Source: Giardia intestinalis
Taxonomy: Eukaryota
NCBI GenBank assembly: GCA_000002435.2
Contig: CM018790.1
Strand: one strand, 5' to 3'
Length of the DNA stretch: 64,000 bases
Shown here in pieces: positions 19,731-29,090 of this stretch (position 1 is the first letter of the stretch; each line of letters opens with the position of its first letter). The notes beneath the pieces are model-generated. The model did not search any database, was not told where the DNA came from, and saw only the letters and a list, made by a program, of their open reading frames with translations. The translations under genes and the position numbers were made by a program.

Positions 19731-22700
19731 ATGGCACTGGCGCGCTTTCCACAGCACTATAGATTTATTGGACTTGCCAACATTGGCGGAGATGAGCTTA
19801 TCTATAAATTGCTTGACGAGACTACCGAGCAAGAGGTCTTCTGCACAATCTTCACTTTCGATCAGCTGCGCAAGAGGGCTTATACAGAGCTTCTTTCCTT
19901 TATACAAATATACACCGCACTGGATCACAGAGGCTTGATGCGCTATCGGGCCATTGAAACAGAGCCGGCAGATTTGAGGCTTTTCTTCATGACAAGTACA
20001 TACAATGTGAATCTTGCCAAGCTAAACTTACTAATGCGTCAGGAAGGAAAATCCTATTGCGAACTGGCACTCTGGCAAGTAGCTGCCCAATTGATTGACA
20101 CCATGACCTATTGCAATCTTCCGCGAACCCGTCAGTTTGGCCACAAAAGCACCCGCCTTGCAGCAAATTCCTTTCCTCATTGTGTCCTACGGCCATTTAT
20201 CATTGTAATAACAAATTCATTCACCCAAGAGTCAGACCTATTAAAGCTATCTACCAATTCAAAGCAGGCCGCCTTGTTTCCTCTCTCGATCAAGGTCATG
20301 CCTGGTGTCCTCACTGTGGGCCAACTGCGTCAGTTTCAAACAACTGCTGCTAGATCGCACCTTTCGCACATGGCCCCCGAGCTTCTCCTTGACTCCGAGG
20401 AGGTGAGTCCCTCTGGAGCAGTCGACATCTGGTCTGTAGGATCAGTTTTGTATGAAATGGCCACAGGGAAAACTTACGACTCTGCTATTGACCCAACGAC
20501 CAATCTTAGGACATACTCCTTTGAATTTCAAAGTATGCTCCGATCAATGCTATCCATAAAGCAATCTGACAGACCAACTTTTGAGGACCTGCTGAAAGCT
20601 GAGAGAATACGCTGCGTACTATCCGACATACAAACAGGTTCCCAGGGTCCTGCATCGAGCCAACCGGACAAACTGATTCTCCAGTCAGTTGAGCTGCAGG
20701 CACGTGAGCTTCTCGCAAAGCTTCCATATTCTACCGCTGAGCAGGCACAAATGGTAGCAAGTTGGCAACAAGAACTTCCTCATGAGCCAAATTACCTACT
20801 AGGAGTAATGAATATGATCGATGATGGGTCCTATCGCTGTCACACTCCCACTGGGAACAGGTTTGTGCACACTAGTTCCAGCGCTTCCCAGTCTCTCCGA
20901 TCAAGAGTAGCCCAGACTCCTGCATCAATTCATACGGGAAAGAATACCCGTTATGGAAGAAAGATGGCAAAAAGCCCGGCCGGGGTGCAGGACTCCTACA
21001 CGCAGCTTATGCAGCACGCTCTGAAAGATAATCTACTGAAGGCTAAAAAGGCTATGGACCAGGTGTGTATAGTTTTCACAGACGGGACGTCTGCCCTAAT
21101 GCTTGCAGCTGAAAATAATTCTCTTGAAGTTGCAAAGCTCTTGGTATCATATGAGTGCTGCCTACAGTCCAAAACCGGGCTCACTGCTCTAATGTATGCA
21201 GCAAGAAGAGGCCATGCAGATCTGGTGTCTCTCCTTCTCAACCACGAAAGCATGATGGTGGACTCTCGTGGCTACACGGCACTTATGCACGCTATAGACC
21301 AGGGTCACCTAGAGTGCATCCGAATCCTTGTAAAAGCAGAAACAAATTATAGTGCTCCGAATGGCATTACGGCGGGACTGCTTGCTACGAAGGACATAAA
21401 TGACGTCATGAAGCAGTTTAGGTGCCACTCGGCGTCCCAAATGACGTCTGCTAGCACCTATGGGACTCCTGACGGTAGGCAAACACCCAGCACAAGAAGA
21501 TCTGTGACACCCAGCAACAACTCCAGCCTTAGTATAAGCACTAGACATCAAACTGTCGCTGAGAAGCTTGCGATTGCTCAGATTGTCACTGCTCATGAGG
21601 ACACCCGTGACCCCGTAACACACGTGACATGCCTTATGCTAGCAGCCCAGCATCACTCTGTAGAATTGGTGCAAATGTTCATACACCAGGCTGGTTGCCA
21701 AACACCCAAAGGGCTTACGGCCCTCCATATTGCTGTTCAGGAACTGTTTGTTGACGGTGTTACGCTTCTAGCCCCTTGCGAGATGCGTTATACCACACAG
21801 TATGCTACCAACGGGTTTGGTTTCCATAGAGCGACGGCTCTTTGTCTCGCTGCTCTTGTAGGCGGATGCTCAGATAACAAAAATACGTCTCAGGGTCATC
21901 TCGTAAGTAGTCAGGGAGATCGGGGACCCTCTTCGTACAACTACTTTCGAAGCGTCAGCCAATACAGCTTCAATCACGCCTTGTCTGCAAGAAGCACTAC
22001 TAAGAGCAACCGAGATAACGAGCGGGCCATCCTCTCTATTCTAAATCTCCTAGTCCCACTCGAGGCCACCTATGCGGAGCCTGGCACAGGGAAAACTGCC
22101 CTTATTGCAGCAGCGACTGTCGGTAACGCACTCGCTGTCCGAGCACTGGCAAAGCACGAGGGTGGCTGCAAGATGATAAAGGGCTGGACAGCGATGATGT
22201 GTTGTGTCTGCCGGGCAAGCTCCACAACAGCGCAAAACCTGTGCACATACATCGAGTGCATAAACGCTCTAGCCCCATATGAACAAGGTATGACGTCTGA
22301 ATGTGGGTGGACGGCTCTTGTCTATGCCAGTGCCTACCTGAACCTTGCGTGTATAGAGGTGCTGGCGCCCTTAGAAGCAGCGCTGTCAGGAGAGACGGCG
22401 CTGAGCTTTATGGGTGCTCTCGTGGCTGAGGGTGAGATGACCAAAAGCGAGTGGCAGTATTCTATGTCCCAGGCAAGATCCTTGATAGTAGAGTACCTAA
22501 GATCACACTCTCTTACTGGTTTGCCGCCGCAGCAGCAACTATCCATAGGAGAGCTTCCTGACGATCGGGATATGAAGAAATACATTAACAATAAGTCCGG
22601 CCTCTTTGACGACGAGAGCGAAATCTCCATTCTTGAAGGAAAGTATTTCCGCTGGGAGGGGCCACCAGACTCTAGCATTGCCGGAGAGCCCATGCATGGG

Positions 22701-22985
22701 GGTGCACGGGCAAGCTCAGGGCTTCATCCACAGCGCCAGAGCCAGGTGAAGAAGGAGGTCTTGCCGGATGTGTCAGCTGTCGTCGACAAGAGTTTTGCAC
22801 GCGAGCAGAAAAGCTTTCAATGCCAGACCTCTGTTGCTATTCCAGAGCAAGAGAAATCATATAGGTATACATTCAATTCTAAGCCTCTTCCACCTCTTAT
22901 CACTGCCTCCCCATCCGCCGGGGATCATCTTCCAATTCTCCCGCCCCTGAATTCTCATAAAAATTCTCATAAAATCCGCAATTAA
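19731..22985 (+). CDS. NEK-like pseudokinase fused to ankyrin repeats (Protein 21.1/NEK family).
   Basis: The track start at 19668 is TTG; the first ATG is 19731 (MALARFPQHYRFIGLANIGGDELIYKLL, a degenerate Gly-loop). Kinase C-lobe HMAPELLLDSEEVSPSGAVDIWSVGSVLYEMATGKTYD. No HRD or DFG, so probably catalytically inactive. Then ankyrin repeats GTSALMLAAENNSLEVAKLLVSYE, GLTALMYAARRGHADLVSLLLNHE, GYTALMHAIDQGHLECIRILV, GKTALIAAATVGNALAVRAL. Confidence 0.75.
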   Translation: MALARFPQHYRFIGLANIGGDELIYKLLDETTEQEVFCTIFTFDQLRKRAYTELLSFIQIYTALDHRGLMRYRAIETEPADLRLFFMTSTYNVNLAKLNLLMRQEGKSYCELALWQVAAQLIDTMTYCNLPRTRQFGHKSTRLAANSFPHCVLRPFIIVITNSFTQESDLLKLSTNSKQAALFPLSIKVMPGVLTVGQLRQFQTTAARSHLSHMAPELLLDSEEVSPSGAVDIWSVGSVLYEMATGKTYDSAIDPTTNLRTYSFEFQSMLRSMLSIKQSDRPTFEDLLKAERIRCVLSDIQTGSQGPASSQPDKLILQSVELQARELLAKLPYSTAEQAQMVASWQQELPHEPNYLLGVMNMIDDGSYRCHTPTGNRFVHTSSSASQSLRSRVAQTPASIHTGKNTRYGRKMAKSPAGVQDSYTQLMQHALKDNLLKAKKAMDQVCIVFTDGTSALMLAAENNSLEVAKLLVSYECCLQSKTGLTALMYAARRGHADLVSLLLNHESMMVDSRGYTALMHAIDQGHLECIRILVKAETNYSAPNGITAGLLATKDINDVMKQFRCHSASQMTSASTYGTPDGRQTPSTRRSVTPSNNSSLSISTRHQTVAEKLAIAQIVTAHEDTRDPVTHVTCLMLAAQHHSVELVQMFIHQAGCQTPKGLTALHIAVQELFVDGVTLLAPCEMRYTTQYATNGFGFHRATALCLAALVGGCSDNKNTSQGHLVSSQGDRGPSSYNYFRSVSQYSFNHALSARSTTKSNRDNERAILSILNLLVPLEATYAEPGTGKTALIAAATVGNALAVRALAKHEGGCKMIKGWTAMMCCVCRASSTTAQNLCTYIECINALAPYEQGMTSECGWTALVYASAYLNLACIEVLAPLEAALSGETALSFMGALVAEGEMTKSEWQYSMSQARSLIVEYLRSHSLTGLPPQQQLSIGELPDDRDMKKYINNKSGLFDDESEISILEGKYFRWEGPPDSSIAGEPMHGGARASSGLHPQRQSQVKKEVLPDVSAVVDKSFAREQKSFQCQTSVAIPEQEKSYRYTFNSKPLPPLITASPSAGDHLPILPPLNSHKNSHKIRN

Positions 22986-23010
22986 ACATTGGCAAAGACG
23001 TTGGCCTCCA

Positions 23011-23241
23011 ATGCTCCTTAAAGTTCAGTTGACGACAGGCTACATTCTCACGCTCGATGTAGCACCGACAGAGACGATACTCGACATAAAGAATAAGGTG
23101 TATGACCAGGAGGGAATACATCCTGCCCAGCAGAAAATGTTATACTTGGCCCAGCAGCTACAGAACACTACCACCGTCGAGGAGGCCAACCTCAAGGCAG
23201 GAATCACTATCCAGTTAGTCGTTAACCTGAGGGGAGGCTAG
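23011..23241 (+). CDS. Ubiquitin-like modifier (76 aa, beta-grasp fold, free C-terminal LRGG); NEDD8/Rub1-like rather than ubiquitin.
   Basis: MLLKVQLTTGYILTLDVAPTETILDIKNKVYDQEGIHPAQQKMLYLAQQLQNTTTVEEANLKAGITIQLVVNLRGG aligns across its full length with ubiquitin (about 35% identity; conserved TG, PxxTI, KxKxxDxEGIxPxQQ and LRGG), and the stop codon follows GG directly. The K48-equivalent position is Gln. Only 25 bp separate it from the upstream gene. Confidence 0.75.
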   Translation: MLLKVQLTTGYILTLDVAPTETILDIKNKVYDQEGIHPAQQKMLYLAQQLQNTTTVEEANLKAGITIQLVVNLRGG

Positions 23242-23314
23242 TGGTAGAGACAATGAAGGGGTCGTGAATCTACGTTTACTACTGATCTTGCTCGCCACTT
23301 TGCCCTACACCACT

Positions 23315-24745
23315 TCACTTCTCGAACCTCTCCGTGTCCATTCCTGTTAGCCCATATTCATCATCTTGCTCTGCGGTTCTTTGGTAGTGTTCAACCTTAA
23401 GGGCAGGGTCATCATCAGGCGCGTAGACGTTCTTGATGAAAGAGGCGTCAAGGGGATCGTCTATGATGATAGTGAACCCTCGCTTGCCATCCGCCATTTC
23501 TTGCAGCCCCACAAGCAGCGAGCTCCACCGCTCCCGTTGTTCTGCGGACGAGCTGCCATCACCCAGCCAGAAGACACTATGCCTTTTCAGCTCGTCGTAC
23601 ATTATGCGGAGCAGACCCTCCAACGTCGTATACACGCCGCCTAGCGTTCCTGGCTCCAATCTGAGGCCGAGCTCTGGAATCTCGAGGGAGCAGCTATCTG
23701 ACTTCAGGACGTCTCTACTCAAGTCTCCGCTGTCTCCGTCCTCAATGGCCGTGCATGTAAATGTTGTACGAGCGCCATGTGGCGGGATTGCGCCCGCAGA
23801 CTTCACTTCTATGGATTTGAACCCACAATTGTCGCAGGCGCTGCACATTAAGAGGCACTCCTTGAAATAGGGTATGCTGATGAGGAGCGATTTGTTCAGT
23901 ATCTCCTCGCTACAGGCAGGGCACTTTGTCGGTAACGCCATCACTGGCATGTCCTCCGGAGCTGTGTCCAAAAGTAGCGTAACATCCTCGAGCTTACGCT
24001 CATCAACTCGTGAGACCCCAGAGCCCGCAGCTTGCCGCTGAATCACCTGCTCCTGTTCCGGACTTATTCCCAGTAGCTGTGCCTCTTCCTTGGTGCGCTG
24101 GAAGCGCCGGACGGTTAGGTTTCTGTCCAGATCACCTGTCTGGCGACCAACGAGCGGCTCAATGTAGGAATTACCAGAGGGATCTCGAAGAACCAGAGTG
24201 CATTGAGTCTTCAGCTGAAGCACGTTATTGATCTTCAAGATCACATCGTCTATCTTATCCGCGGCCTCAGGGGCCTTAAGACGACGCTCCGGCTGCAGAG
24301 CAAGCAAGTTTGTCGCTATTTGCTGGAGAGCGCCCTCTACTGTCGTGTAGAGACCCGACATGGGCCGCGGCTCCTGCTCTATCCCCAGCTCCCGAAGGGC
24401 TAGAGATGCCGTGGAAGACTTGATTACTCCTCGGCTAAGATCCTCCTCGGCTTGGATCACTAAGGTAACCTCGACGCCCCTATCTTGGATGTCTGCTGCT
24501 TGTTGGACGTCACGGCCTTTAAAACCGCAGTGCCTACATCTGAAACTCGAGACTATGCATTGCTGAAACTTGGGTATGTCGACAAAGAGAAGCTTGGTCT
24601 TTCCCATCCTATTACAGTGCATGCAAAGACTAGCCGTTACGTGCTGCTCTCCGATGTCCACCTGCACACGGGATCCGAATTCTGTCTCCGCATCGGACGA
24701 GGACGAGGATGAAGCGCTCGAGGATTGAGAGGCCGACCTAGACAT
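23315..24745 (-). CDS. ZPR1: ZPR1-type zinc-finger protein (two ZPR1 modules).
   Basis: Two CxxC-(~25)-CxxCGF zinc-finger units, each containing the ZPR1 IPxFxxC core: CMHCNRMGKTKLLFVDIPKFQQCIVSSFRCRHCGF and CPACSEEILNKSLLISIPYFKECLLMCSACDNCGF. Each is followed by an A/B-domain-like region. The ~476-aa length is typical of ZPR1. Confidence 0.75.
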   Translation of the reverse strand: MSRSASQSSSASSSSSSDAETEFGSRVQVDIGEQHVTASLCMHCNRMGKTKLLFVDIPKFQQCIVSSFRCRHCGFKGRDVQQAADIQDRGVEVTLVIQAEEDLSRGVIKSSTASLALRELGIEQEPRPMSGLYTTVEGALQQIATNLLALQPERRLKAPEAADKIDDVILKINNVLQLKTQCTLVLRDPSGNSYIEPLVGRQTGDLDRNLTVRRFQRTKEEAQLLGISPEQEQVIQRQAAGSGVSRVDERKLEDVTLLLDTAPEDMPVMALPTKCPACSEEILNKSLLISIPYFKECLLMCSACDNCGFKSIEVKSAGAIPPHGARTTFTCTAIEDGDSGDLSRDVLKSDSCSLEIPELGLRLEPGTLGGVYTTLEGLLRIMYDELKRHSVFWLGDGSSSAEQRERWSSLLVGLQEMADGKRGFTIIIDDPLDASFIKNVYAPDDDPALKVEHYQRTAEQDDEYGLTGMDTERFEK

Positions 24746-24767
24746 TTCAATTATTTTTTAAATCCAC

Positions 24768-26249
24768 CTAGGCACCTATTTTAGCGAAGAGGCGAGCGTT
24801 TGGTGTGCATCCTGCACTCTCGAGTGTAGCAGATACGTCTTGCATAATGTCATCTCCAAAAGGTCTGTGTAAACGAATTCTTCCACAATCGATATTCAAA
24901 GCGTCTCCAATCCGTTCAATCATGGACTCGATTGTGTACGAAAACGGGAGCTTTAGTAGCAGGTGGTGATCATTGAGCGCCGAATCGGGGCTTGACACCC
25001 GTATCCTCAGCGTCGCGACTCTGCCATCATCTGCTGTTTCTGTAACGATTGTGGTCGACGACAGATTGTCCTTGCCGGCTTCCTTCGCCTGCTCAGCGGG
25101 GGTCTTCCCGTGCACAAGAAGCCCCAGTGCCTCCTTCATAGGGACGATTTGGCCGTTGCTTACACAAGTTCCTTTCACTCGCGACAGGAATTGCTGTAGA
25201 GACATCGGCTTCTCCAGATTGGCCCGTTGATCAAGTAATTGGTCGTACGAGTAATTATGCCTGTTGCCGTATTCTGATACCGTCAAGTAGCTACGTTTGA
25301 CGCTCCCGTGCTCTGCCGCCGCCTCAATAGTGCTCTTGGCCGGCTTTGGAGGAGGGGGCGGCTGCGCAGACTCATCAATCATGAGCTTCGCCTGTCCCTC
25401 AAATAATTCCACACCACAGGACTTGAAGGGCTCTGCCTCAAATGAGGCGTCAATTGAAATGCCGTCGGGATGCGAGGCCCGAAACTCGGAGGGGAGAAAC
25501 CCAGCTGCGATATCCTCTACGAACTCCTTCGCAGTCTTGTCGTGCTCATAAGCTCTGAATGGCCCCCTCTTGATGAAGATGCCATTGGGGTAGAAGCGCA
25601 CAGGAATTGAAGGCTTGTCACCATACCGGCCCTGATTGCCTCCGTCTGCCACCAGAACTCGATCCTTCGAAACAAGCTGATTAAGCTTTCTGATGTTGTC
25701 CTCGAGGATGTGTCTTTCCGGGGGCTCCCAGGTCTCTGTAGAATCCCCTATGTGATCGAGCTGTAGCGTATGCTGCACAGCACGGGGTGCAGGCTCTTTT
25801 GATGAGTCAGTATCCTCCACATAAATGAGGCCGTGCGAATCCAGGAACAACTCCATGTCATAAATTTGCTGCCTGAGAACCTCAATGTAATCCTTCAGAG
25901 CCATGATCTCGTCTACGTTGGCCTGCTCCCCCGCTGCCGCAAGTCTGCAAAGGTCTACCTTTTGCCGCAGAGAAGTGTTTTCATCGTTGGCCCGTCTGAG
26001 CATCAACTTCAATTGCTGGTTTTCAGCCTCCACTTTTGTAAGGCGGTTAGCGAGACTAGAAACCAGATCCTGCGCACCATTCTTGGGCATCAAAGGCTTG
26101 GCAGCAGCGCTCTTCACCACCTGTCCAGAAGGCCTATCCCCACGAAGGGCCTGTCGCAGTTGCTTTAGGTCATACTGATCCTGCTTGTCCAGCTGTGCGC
26201 GCACCGGCTTGGGGAGCTCCGTACGATACTTCTGGTGACCCTCCTCCAT
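24768..26249 (-). CDS. p47/Shp1-like p97(Cdc48) cofactor: coiled coil + SEP domain + C-terminal UBX domain.
   Basis: SEP-like block VRFYPNGIFIKRGPFRAYEHDKTAKEFVEDIAAGFLPSEFRASHPDGISID. C-terminal UBX-like block ATLRIRVSSPDSALNDHHLLLKLPFSYTIESMIERIGD...RLHRPFGDDIMQDVSATLESAGCTPNARLF. The track start at 26300 is GTG, so I moved the start to the ATG (MEEGHQKY) at 26249. Confidence 0.6.
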   Translation of the reverse strand: MEEGHQKYRTELPKPVRAQLDKQDQYDLKQLRQALRGDRPSGQVVKSAAAKPLMPKNGAQDLVSSLANRLTKVEAENQQLKLMLRRANDENTSLRQKVDLCRLAAAGEQANVDEIMALKDYIEVLRQQIYDMELFLDSHGLIYVEDTDSSKEPAPRAVQHTLQLDHIGDSTETWEPPERHILEDNIRKLNQLVSKDRVLVADGGNQGRYGDKPSIPVRFYPNGIFIKRGPFRAYEHDKTAKEFVEDIAAGFLPSEFRASHPDGISIDASFEAEPFKSCGVELFEGQAKLMIDESAQPPPPPKPAKSTIEAAAEHGSVKRSYLTVSEYGNRHNYSYDQLLDQRANLEKPMSLQQFLSRVKGTCVSNGQIVPMKEALGLLVHGKTPAEQAKEAGKDNLSSTTIVTETADDGRVATLRIRVSSPDSALNDHHLLLKLPFSYTIESMIERIGDALNIDCGRIRLHRPFGDDIMQDVSATLESAGCTPNARLFAKIGA

Positions 26250-26809
26250 GAAACCCTTTTTTGAAGCCGCTGGATCAGAGAAGAGATGAACATGTAGCAC
26301 GGTCAGGAATCAGAGCAACGCCTGCAGATGCATAAACTGGACGTCATAGTGTGGGTACCAATAGGTCGCCAAAAGATTCAAAAGGCGCCAGGCGACAGAA
26401 CCTTTGACTTGTTCAAAGGGATCAAGAACTGGCAACGCAGATCTGGCACACATATGTGACGTATAATGGTACATTGTTTGCAAAACAGTTAAAACTTTTT
26501 TCATGGTGATTGGTTCTTTAGCTTGTGGATTAATCAAGGAAAAGCAGAAACACATCAGTCATCAGCCAAGCACCTGAGCAAATTAGATAGATATGCTTCT
26601 AGATCCCAGAGATTATGTGTGCGATAAATCCATCAGCTCGGATCTTCACCGAACAGCGCCCTTTCTCCGTCACGCTAGAGTCTTAACCTAAAACGTGCCA
26701 AAATCGCGTTGGATTTTGAGGACCTGTTTCTTGAAGTCATGTAATTTTTGATGGTTCCGCTTATTTTCTTGGCTGAAGGAAAAACAAAATAAAAGTGTGT
26801 TAAGGCATT

Positions 26810-28273
26810 ATGGACATTAAACAGGATATGAAGGACTCGGCGATCCCGCAGGGAGGCGAGTCCAAGGGGGAACCCAAGACAGAGCCCAAAAAGGGGTGCA
26901 ACTGTACTCTTCTCTACGTGATGTTTCTGATGTTTGGCGTTGGATCGTTGTTGCCATTCAACTGTTACATCACACCTTATGAGTACATGATACGATTCTA
27001 CCCTAAACCCGTTCTCTCGTTCTTCTCTCTGGCCTATAACGTCGGCAATTGGGGCATGATGTTCATCTATCTCAAGATTGGAAAGAAGATACCGGCCCGC
27101 ATGAGCAATATCATAGTGTTCATCATTTGGATAGTCTGCCTTACCGTTGTCCCCTGCCTTGCGTTTCTTGACATAGCCACTATTGCTCGATTCGTTATTG
27201 CTATTATTTTAGTCTTCATCTCAGGTGTTTTGAACGGTATCTGTTTTCCGAAAATCGTCTCTGTCGGTTCACGAATAAGCTTTGATCTAGTCCAGGCCAT
27301 GATGTCTGGGAATGGAGTGGCAGGGATTATTACGGCAGCTCTATATGCTATTACCAAGGGGATTGCTATCGCGAGCAACAATGGTAAGTTTACGGACAAC
27401 CAGCTTAAGTTCGGAACGCTATCGTACTTTATCTTGTCCGATGTGATCCTCCTGATATGCATTTTTTGCTGGATCAAAGTCATGAAGGACTACCCTCACC
27501 TCAACTACGACGAGACCCCTGCAGAGCAGGTGGAGATGGAACCCTCGATCATTAACGGCAGCTCTGCGCAACCCGACAGTGCCCCCAGTAATGCCATGCC
27601 GCAGGGGTCCGCCTCCCTCGGGAACGAGACCATTGATCAGTCTGTCCTGCCAGTAGGCAACTTGCTTAACCCCAAGACGGGGCAGAAGTATACCTTCATG
27701 CAGCTGGTGCGCGTCCTCCTGGTTCCAGGCCTCGGTGTTTTCTTTGTATTCTTCATTACTCTAGCTTTCTTCCCCTCCATCACAGGAAAGATACCATATG
27801 TTACTGGAGTTAATAATAACCTTGACGACAAAGGCTGGTGGTCTGTCGGTATGACGAGTCTCTTCATGATCTTCGACTACGTGGGCCGATCGCTTCCTCA
27901 AATCGAAGTTCTGACACGGATTCGTACGACCCCTCTTCTCATTTTCTCTTTGCTGCGGATCGTCTTTGGAGTTCTTTTTCTTCTAATGGGCATTCCTGTC
28001 CCTACTCTGAGTAACAATAGCATCTCTAGGATCAATGCACCCATTCAAAATGATTACGTCTCAACCATCACTATGATACTCTTTGCTCTCACGAATGGAT
28101 ACGTTAGCACTGTGATCATGATCCGCTATGGCGACCACGTGCCTCACCCGTCCTACATGGCTGCCTCTGGTGACATAATGTCCTTCTGGCTCAACACGGG
28201 TCTTATTGCTGGAGGCTTGGTATCGCTCTTTATTGATCTAGGGATGGATCCCACGGCTTTGAATGTGAGTTAA
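26810..28273 (+). CDS. Equilibrative nucleoside transporter (ENT/SLC29 family), polytopic membrane protein.
   Basis: About 10-11 predicted TM helices. The N-terminal TM1 motif LYVMFLMFGVGSLLPFNCYITPYEYM resembles the ENT 'G.G.LLPWN...T...YF' signature. There is a large hydrophilic loop in the middle. My printed-coordinate count put the ATG one base off (26809), so I kept the track coordinate. Confidence 0.6.
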   Translation: MDIKQDMKDSAIPQGGESKGEPKTEPKKGCNCTLLYVMFLMFGVGSLLPFNCYITPYEYMIRFYPKPVLSFFSLAYNVGNWGMMFIYLKIGKKIPARMSNIIVFIIWIVCLTVVPCLAFLDIATIARFVIAIILVFISGVLNGICFPKIVSVGSRISFDLVQAMMSGNGVAGIITAALYAITKGIAIASNNGKFTDNQLKFGTLSYFILSDVILLICIFCWIKVMKDYPHLNYDETPAEQVEMEPSIINGSSAQPDSAPSNAMPQGSASLGNETIDQSVLPVGNLLNPKTGQKYTFMQLVRVLLVPGLGVFFVFFITLAFFPSITGKIPYVTGVNNNLDDKGWWSVGMTSLFMIFDYVGRSLPQIEVLTRIRTTPLLIFSLLRIVFGVLFLLMGIPVPTLSNNSISRINAPIQNDYVSTITMILFALTNGYVSTVIMIRYGDHVPHPSYMAASGDIMSFWLNTGLIAGGLVSLFIDLGMDPTALNVS

Positions 28274-28281
28274 TTGAATTG

Positions 28282-28288
28282 AGTGAAC
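28282..28288 (+). terminator. Putative polyadenylation signal AGTGAAC, 9 nt after the stop of the ENT gene.
   Basis: AGTRAAY consensus heptamer read directly from the sequence. Confidence 0.35.
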
Positions 28289-28405
28289 ATCTTGTTGTTT
28301 GGTCGAGCCTGCTCGGCTTATATTTTATTATTCTGTGGCATTCCCTGTTAACTTCCCTGCGGATTTCCCTGTTAGTTGGAGATCCAAATTTCAATCTAAA
28401 AATCC

Positions 28406-29056
28406 ATGAGGATCTTGGTTGACATGGATGACACTCTTTGCGACTGGATGGGCGCCTCTACAGCTCGCATAACAGAACTGGGGTATCCCGTTAGTAGGGA
28501 CCCGCATGCATACCCCGTTTCAATAGTCTTGTCGGAGGATTATGGGCTTCGCGCCACAACTCTTTTATACCGCGCAATGCGAGAACCAGGATTCTTCATA
28601 AATCTGCAGCCACATAAAGAGGCTGTGGAAATGGTACGTTGTTTGGATTCGCTTGGCTTTGACGTGTGCATTTGCACGATGCCCCTCCCCTATGACAAGG
28701 AGGACTGGTGCAAGGAGGAAAAGCGGGCATGGGTGGCTAACCACCTGGGCTATAAGTTTGTCGATAAGATGATCTTTTCGTCGCGGAAGTACGAGGTTGC
28801 GGGGCTCTATTTGATTGATGACTCGCCTGTGACAGTGCATTATGCTGAAACGCACAATCCTCAATGGAAGCCTGTCCTTGTCAACCACTTCTATAACAAG
28901 GATCTCTTTTGCGAGCGGCGCGTTTCTCTAGAGACCATGCAGAGGGATGTGCTTGAAATACTGAATAGAGACGGTATTCTGCCGTCAGATTCCGCTACTC
29001 TTACCCCATCAATCAGCGAATTGCAGTTCACTCTTGCGCAAGAGACAATTGCTTAA
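28406..29056 (+). CDS. 5'(3')-deoxyribonucleotidase (HAD superfamily, NT5C-type).
   Basis: HAD motif I VDMDDTLCDW. GFFINLQPHKEAVEMVRCL matches NT5C GFFLDLEPIPGALDAVREM. CICTMPLPYDKEDWCKEEKRAWVANHLGYKFVDKMIFSSRKYEVAGLYLIDDSPVTV matches NT5C FICTSPL...KYRWVEQHLGPQFVERII...DLLIDDKDTV. Confidence 0.75.
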   Translation: MRILVDMDDTLCDWMGASTARITELGYPVSRDPHAYPVSIVLSEDYGLRATTLLYRAMREPGFFINLQPHKEAVEMVRCLDSLGFDVCICTMPLPYDKEDWCKEEKRAWVANHLGYKFVDKMIFSSRKYEVAGLYLIDDSPVTVHYAETHNPQWKPVLVNHFYNKDLFCERRVSLETMQRDVLEILNRDGILPSDSATLTPSISELQFTLAQETIA

Positions 29057-29090
29057 AACTGTCTATTAAAAAGATTGATAATCTAAACTT

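Noticed and set aside
26310-26555. 81-aa minus-strand ORF (MCFCFSLINPQAKEPITMKKVLTVLQTMYHY...) in the 509-bp divergent spacer upstream of the p47-like gene
   Set aside because: ATG-initiated and well placed, but it has no recognisable motif and an odd composition. I left it uncalled, and it needs expression data.
26810-26812. Apparent 1-nt disagreement between my count of the printed coordinates and the ORF track at 26810 and 30665-30720
   Set aside because: This is probably my own miscount of the printed line. Track coordinates checked out exactly at 28406, 29091, 38272 and 42918, so the track was trusted and derived starts were computed by codon offsets from track coordinates.
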